Shown piece by piece: positions 40,894-45,323 of a stretch of DNA of 45,323 nucleotides. A model generated the notes under the pieces. The model was not told where the DNA came from, made no database searches, and saw only the letters and a program-made list of their open reading frames with translations. The stretch's first letter is position 1. Every line of letters begins with the position of its first letter. This DNA comes from Verrucomicrobiota bacterium (lineage in GTDB: Bacteria > Verrucomicrobiota > Verrucomicrobiia > Limisphaerales > JADLHS01): assembly GCA_025360895.1 (NCBI GenBank), contig JANYBF010000286.1, positions 1-45,323 of the forward strand. The letters run 5' to 3'. The position numbers and the translations under genes are program-made.

Positions 40894-41055
40894 CTGAACG
40901 GCGACAATCATTCGCCGTTGGGCTGAATCCGGAGCCGACAACATCCATGCCCGATTCCGTTTCGCCTCCCTCATTCTTAATCTTGCCAACTTTAGAGTGC
41001 TCCTGCTAAAACGAGGTCTGCGGCAACTACCTTGGTCCCGCCGAACCAACCAACC

Positions 41056-42204
41056 ATGATTACATCTTCAAGCATCCAGTCGCTCCGGGCCGGGGTCATC
41101 GGCACGGGCTTTATCGGTCCCGTTCACGTCGAGGCGCTGCGCCGGCTTGGTGTCGCTGTGACGGCTATTTGTGACGTGGCCGAACTGGGCACCAAGGCTG
41201 CGGCCAAGCTGCGTATTCCGCAGGCGTTTTCGGATTATCGCGAGCTGCTGGCCTGCCCCGAGGTGGACGTGGTCCACATTACCACTCCAAACCGGTTTCA
41301 TGCCGAGATGTCCTTGGCCGCGCTGCGGGCGGGCAAACACGTGATATGCGAGAAGCCCCTCGCCATGAACACGCGCGAGACGGCGCAGATCGTCAAGACC
41401 GTGCGCGCCACCCGAAAGGTATTTGCCGTGAACTACAACGTCCGGTTCTATCCGGCGGTGCTGCAACTCCACCGGCTGGTGGCCCAGGGTGAACTGGGTG
41501 ACATCATGCATGTCAACGGCTCCTACATGCAGGACTGGTTGTTCAAGGACACCGACCACAACTGGCGTCTGCTGCCGCAGGAGGGCGGCAAATTGCGCGC
41601 CGTGGCCGACATCGGCACGCACTGGATGGACGCCGCCTCCTTCATTCTCGGCGCGAAGATCACGTCGGTCTTTGCCGATCTGGCCACCTGGCACCAGCAA
41701 CGCCGCCGTCCGCTCGGCGAGGTGCAAACTTTTGCCAAGGCGGACGCGAAAATGAAATACGCCACTTACAAGGTCCAGACCGACGACTTTGCCAGCGTGC
41801 TGTTGCGCTTCGGCAACGGAGCGCGCGGAAATCTGGGCGTGTCACAAGTCGCGGCCGGGCGCAAGAACTGTCTCCGCATCGAAATCTACGGCGCGAAGAA
41901 GTCCGCGTGGTGGTGTTCGGAAGAGCCGGAGTGGCTGCGTTTTGGCAACCGTGATGGGGCCAACGAAACCGCCGTGCGTGCCACGCCAGCCTTTGGCGAC
42001 GGGGCGGTGGGTTTCATGGATTACCCACCCGGTCATGTCGAGGGTTTCCCGGATACGTTCAAGATGAACTTCCGCGCCATCTACTCGGCCATCGCTGGGA
42101 CCGACAATGGTCTCTATGCCACGGCCACCGACGGCCACCAGGAAGTCGCGGTGTGCGAGGCGATCATCCGGAGCCATCAATCCCAATCCTGGACGAAAGT
42201 GTGA
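41056..42204 (+). CDS. Gfo/Idh/MocA family oxidoreductase (cytoplasmic)
   Basis: [23 protein letters not shown] is the Rossmann motif and CEKPLA is present. There is no signal peptide. The first ATG is at 41056. Confidence 0.85.
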   Translation: MITSSSIQSLRAGVIGTGFIGPVHVEALRRLGVAVTAICDVAELGTKAAAKLRIPQAFSDYRELLACPEVDVVHITTPNRFHAEMSLAALRAGKHVICEKPLAMNTRETAQIVKTVRATRKVFAVNYNVRFYPAVLQLHRLVAQGELGDIMHVNGSYMQDWLFKDTDHNWRLLPQEGGKLRAVADIGTHWMDAASFILGAKITSVFADLATWHQQRRRPLGEVQTFAKADAKMKYATYKVQTDDFASVLLRFGNGARGNLGVSQVAAGRKNCLRIEIYGAKKSAWWCSEEPEWLRFGNRDGANETAVRATPAFGDGAVGFMDYPPGHVEGFPDTFKMNFRAIYSAIAGTDNGLYATATDGHQEVAVCEAIIRSHQSQSWTKV

Positions 42205-42206
42205 TC

Positions 42207-43136
42207 ATGAAGGACCGCGCAATTAAACTCGGATTCGTCAGCGCCATTCTTCCCGAGCTGTCGTTGGCGGAAGTTCTTGCGTTCGCCGCCGCCGAGCGCT
42301 TCGCCAGCGTCGAGATCATGTGCTGGCCCATTGGTAAGGCGGAACGCAAATACGCCGGTATCACGCATCTTGACGTGCATGGTTTCACGCCGGCGCGCGC
42401 CGGGGAAGTCCACGCGCTCTGCGCGCAACACGGCGTTTCAATCACGGCGCTGGGATATTACCCCAACCCGCTCGATCCCAATCTTGCGGTCGCGCAGGCC
42501 GCGGTGAAGCATCTCAAGAAAGTCATCAAGGCGGCGGCGATGCTTGGGCTGAGAAACGTGAACACCTTCGCCGGCCGCGACTGGACAAAAAGCGTGGACG
42601 ACAATTGGCCACGTTTTCTCAAGACCTGGCGGCCGCTCATCGAGTTTGCCACGGACCACGATATCAAAGTCGGCATCGAGAATTGTCCGATGTTGTTCAC
42701 CTGCGATGAATGGCCGGGCGGCAAAAACCTCATGACCACGCCCGCCCTTTGGCGGCGCGCGTTCAACGATATTCCGTCGAAGCATTTCGGTCTGAACTAC
42801 GATCCTTCGCACTTCGTTTTGCAGCAGATGGACCCGGCCAGCCCATTGCGCGAATTTCAATCCAAGCTCTTTCACCTCCATGCCAAGGACGTGAAACTCT
42901 GCCGGGCCCGGCTCAACGAGGTGGGCATTTTCGCACACCCGCTGGCGTGGCATCAACCGCGCATCCCCGGCTATGGTGAGATGGATTGGGGCAAATTCTT
43001 CAGCGCCCTGATGGAGACGAACTATCGCGGCCCGATTTGCATCGAAGTGGAGGACGCCACTTTCGGCAAGACCCTCGCCGGCCGGAAGCGCGCCCTTCAA
43101 GTCGCGCGCAACGTGTTGGCACCTTATCTGACTTGA
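42207..43136 (+). CDS. sugar phosphate isomerase/epimerase family protein (xylose isomerase-like TIM barrel)
   Basis: It starts 2 nt after the oxidoreductase stop. KLGFVS...IEIM...GIENCP...LNYDPSHF...HLHAKD...ICIEVED is the AP_endonuc_2/TIM-barrel metal-ligand pattern. Confidence 0.8.
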   Translation: MKDRAIKLGFVSAILPELSLAEVLAFAAAERFASVEIMCWPIGKAERKYAGITHLDVHGFTPARAGEVHALCAQHGVSITALGYYPNPLDPNLAVAQAAVKHLKKVIKAAAMLGLRNVNTFAGRDWTKSVDDNWPRFLKTWRPLIEFATDHDIKVGIENCPMLFTCDEWPGGKNLMTTPALWRRAFNDIPSKHFGLNYDPSHFVLQQMDPASPLREFQSKLFHLHAKDVKLCRARLNEVGIFAHPLAWHQPRIPGYGEMDWGKFFSALMETNYRGPICIEVEDATFGKTLAGRKRALQVARNVLAPYLT

Positions 43137-43155
43137 ACCACCTTCAACTCCAATT

Positions 43156-43950
43156 ATGAAATACACCTGCGAACAACTGGCCAAGATGATTGACCACTCC
43201 CTCCTGCATCCAACCATGACGGACCAGGAGTTGGAGGACGGCTGCAAGGTCGCCGCCAGATACGGCGTCGCCTCCGTCTGCATCAAACCTTACGCCGTCA
43301 AGCGAGCGGCGGAGTTGCTGAAGGGGACCGGAGTGCTGGTCGGGGCCGTCATCGGTTTTCCGCACGGAAATTCCACCACCGAGTCCAAGCGCTACGAGAC
43401 CGAACTGGCTTGCAAGGACGGCGCGTTCGAGATTGACATGGTCATCAACATTGGCAAGGCGCTTTCGGGCGAATGGGATTACGTCGAGCGCGACGTGCAG
43501 GCCGTTTGCGCCGAAGCTCATGCGCACGGCGCGAAGGTGAAGGTCATCTTCGAAAATGATTACCTGACCAAGGGGGGCGTTGGCCTGAGCGGCGATGACT
43601 TCAAAAAAAAGCTCTGTCAACTCTGCGAACGCGCGGGCGCCGATTGGGTGAAGACCTCCAGTGGCTTCGGCTTCGTGAAGCAGCCGGATGGCAGTTACAA
43701 CTATCAGGGCGCAACCGAACCCGACCTCATCCTCATGCGCGCGAGTGTCTCGGATCGCGTCCAGGTGAAAGCGGCGGGCGGGGTGCGAGATCTGGATGGA
43801 TTGATCAAAGTCCGCGACCTTGGCGCTTCGCGTTGCGGCGCCAGCGCCACCGTATTGATATTGGACGAGTATCGTCGGCGCGAAGCGGCCGAAAAAACCG
43901 GGCAGTCGGTGGCGGTCAAATCCGCCATCATTGGCGCCGGTGGTTATTGA
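43156..43950 (+). CDS. deoC: deoxyribose-phosphate aldolase
   Basis: MIDHSLLHPTMT...ASVCIKPY...VIGFPHG...IDMVINIG...KVIFE...VKTSSGFG matches DeoC class I aldolase blocks, including the Schiff-base Lys context. Confidence 0.85.
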   Translation: MKYTCEQLAKMIDHSLLHPTMTDQELEDGCKVAARYGVASVCIKPYAVKRAAELLKGTGVLVGAVIGFPHGNSTTESKRYETELACKDGAFEIDMVINIGKALSGEWDYVERDVQAVCAEAHAHGAKVKVIFENDYLTKGGVGLSGDDFKKKLCQLCERAGADWVKTSSGFGFVKQPDGSYNYQGATEPDLILMRASVSDRVQVKAAGGVRDLDGLIKVRDLGASRCGASATVLILDEYRRREAAEKTGQSVAVKSAIIGAGGY

Positions 43951-44008
43951 ATGAGACCGGATTTAGCGGCGCTTTACACCGTCGGTGAAAAGGTGAACTA
44001 TTCCAGCC

Positions 44009-45187
44009 ATGAAAAAGAGCCGTTTTGTCCTGATCGCGCTTTGCTTTTGCATCGGCATGTTGAGTCTGCCCGCCCAGGCCAGCACAAGTACGACCGTCGC
44101 CAATAATCTCCCCGGCAAAGAAATCGCCCAGAACATCTCCCTGCTCACTGGCGTGGCCCTCTCGCCATTGATGGGCGTGAGCGGAATTGGGGCGTGGCAA
44201 TACTTCACGGCCAAGACACCGGAGCAGAAAGCGAAGCTGGCTTGGTTTGCCAATCCGGTGTTCTTCATTCCCGCGCTGCTGCTCGTGATCGTTTGTTTCG
44301 TCAAGGACACCGCCGGCGCGGCGCTGCCCACTGCCGTGAAGAAACCGTTCGACATCGCCGAAACGGTGGAGAACAAAATCAGCGGCCTGGTAGCCACCGG
44401 CGCCTTTGTGCCGATTGCGGCGGCGATTTTTCATTCCAAAACCGGCGGCGACGGGGCGGCGTTGAGCGACTTGGGGTTTGCCGCGATTGATCTCTCCTGG
44501 CTCTACAACGGCATCATGGTGCCAATCTCGATGGCGGCTTTCTTCGTCGTTTTCCTGGCTTCGAATGCCATCAACGTCCTGATCATCCTCAGCCCGTTTA
44601 CCACCGTGGACGCGGCGCTGAAGGGTTTCCGCCTGGCCCTGCTTGGCACGGTTGCCGGCAGCGCGCTGGCCAATCCCTGGATCGGTGCGGCGTGGGCGCT
44701 CGTGCTCATCCTCATTTCGTATCTCATCGCGGGTTGGTCTTTCCGGCTCTCGCACTTCGGGATGGTGTTCACCTGGGATTTCTTCACGTTTCGGAGTACA
44801 CGCTTCACACCGAATACAACGGTGAACAAATTGTTCCTCGGTCGTAAGATCACCAAAGTGCCCGCCCGCACCTACGGCAAACTCAGCCGCGACGAAAAAG
44901 GCAGTCTCGTCCTGAAGTATCGCCCCTGGCTCGTGCTGCCCGAACGCACGCTGGTTTTGCCGGAGGGGAAATACTTCGTGGGCAAAGGGGCGTTCTTCTC
45001 CGAAATCCAGGAACTGAAAGGCGACACCACCGAATCCACGCTCTTGTTGCCGCCGCGCTATCGCGGACACGAGGAAGAACTGGCCCGCATTTACGGGTTG
45101 ACCGGTGTGTCGGACGTCGGTTTGCGCGCGGCCATGAACTGGATCAAGGAAGCGTGCGGGGTTAAGACCGAGGCGGCGGCGACTTAA
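44009..45187 (+). CDS. multi-pass membrane protein with soluble C-terminal domain (hypothetical)
   Basis: This 392-aa ORF has a signal-like N-terminus and about 6 hydrophobic segments up to about residue 250, then a ~140-aa hydrophilic domain. I recognise no family. Confidence 0.55.
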   Translation: MKKSRFVLIALCFCIGMLSLPAQASTSTTVANNLPGKEIAQNISLLTGVALSPLMGVSGIGAWQYFTAKTPEQKAKLAWFANPVFFIPALLLVIVCFVKDTAGAALPTAVKKPFDIAETVENKISGLVATGAFVPIAAAIFHSKTGGDGAALSDLGFAAIDLSWLYNGIMVPISMAAFFVVFLASNAINVLIILSPFTTVDAALKGFRLALLGTVAGSALANPWIGAAWALVLILISYLIAGWSFRLSHFGMVFTWDFFTFRSTRFTPNTTVNKLFLGRKITKVPARTYGKLSRDEKGSLVLKYRPWLVLPERTLVLPEGKYFVGKGAFFSEIQELKGDTTESTLLLPPRYRGHEEELARIYGLTGVSDVGLRAAMNWIKEACGVKTEAAAT

Positions 45188-45258
45188 GGAAAACGATGTA
45201 ACGCATCACGACTTCGTTACCACATAAGTTGAATTTTTCCCTGAAACCCAAGGTAGGG

Positions 45259-45323
45259 CGCGTCACTCCGTGCGCGCCGTCGTTGGCCTCCGCCGATTCA
45301 GAAGGCGCGTACGGAGTGACGCG
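45259..45323. repeat. long inverted repeat / REP-like hairpin truncated by the window end
   Basis: CGCGTCACTCCGTGCGCGCC (45259-45278) pairs with GGCGCGTACGGAGTGACGCG (45304-45323). That gives 20 bp with one G-U pair and a 25-nt loop. The upstream GGTAGGG could extend the stem beyond the window. Confidence 0.7.

Noticed and set aside
43928-45070. 380-aa ORF antisense to the 44009-45187 membrane-protein gene
   Set aside because: Its composition is highly charged, Arg/Glu/Gly-rich and low-complexity. The sense strand gives a coherent signal peptide and TM helices. It is a shadow ORF.

Overview
GC-rich chromosomal window with the hallmarks of a Verrucomicrobiota/PVC-type genome: a PEP-CTERM protein, two prepilin-leader H-X9-DG (DUF1559) proteins, Gfo/Idh/MocA oxidoreductases (one with a Tat signal) and giant multidomain secreted proteins. 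I found no rRNA, tRNA or CRISPR array. (1) 75-14744 is a surface-glycan (LPS core/O-chain-like) biosynthesis island. It encodes a pyruvyl transferase, four GT2, one GT9, one GT4, one GT10 fucosyltransferase, one class I SAM methyltransferase and three FkbM-type methyltransferases. Two unrelated IS elements, both with intact inverted repeats and target-site duplications, have landed in the FkbM triplet. An IS1380-family copy (9870-11548) has a frameshifted transposase and splits one FkbM gene. An ISKra4-family copy (11804-13213) has its transposase broken exactly at an A_AAA_AAG slippery heptamer followed by a stop. (2) 15310-22455 encodes secreted glycan-binding and glycan-degrading proteins (a CBM-rich 893-aa protein with an internal module duplication, and a GH144/glucoamylase-like protein), a PEP-CTERM protein and a Tat-exported oxidoreductase. 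(3) 22554-29874 holds an ECF sigma/anti-sigma pair whose anti-sigma gene carries several heptanucleotide tandem repeats, plus housekeeping genes (nth, a lipoate-ligase-family gene, a beta-propeller protein, an SDR lacking the catalytic Tyr, a fasciclin protein). (4) 30511-40893 is the most unusual region. It is a cassette bracketed by two H-X9-DG pseudopilin-like genes. It contains a 1802-aa mosaic secreted protein (FN3 x2, PQQ-like propeller, PA14, Ig, and a domain with two CxxCH motifs), a stand-alone paralog of that CxxCH domain, a small secreted protein and a YVTN propeller. It is followed by a cytoplasmic Gfo/Idh/MocA + TIM-barrel + DeoC sugar module. All product calls come from motif recognition by eye. 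No database search was possible.
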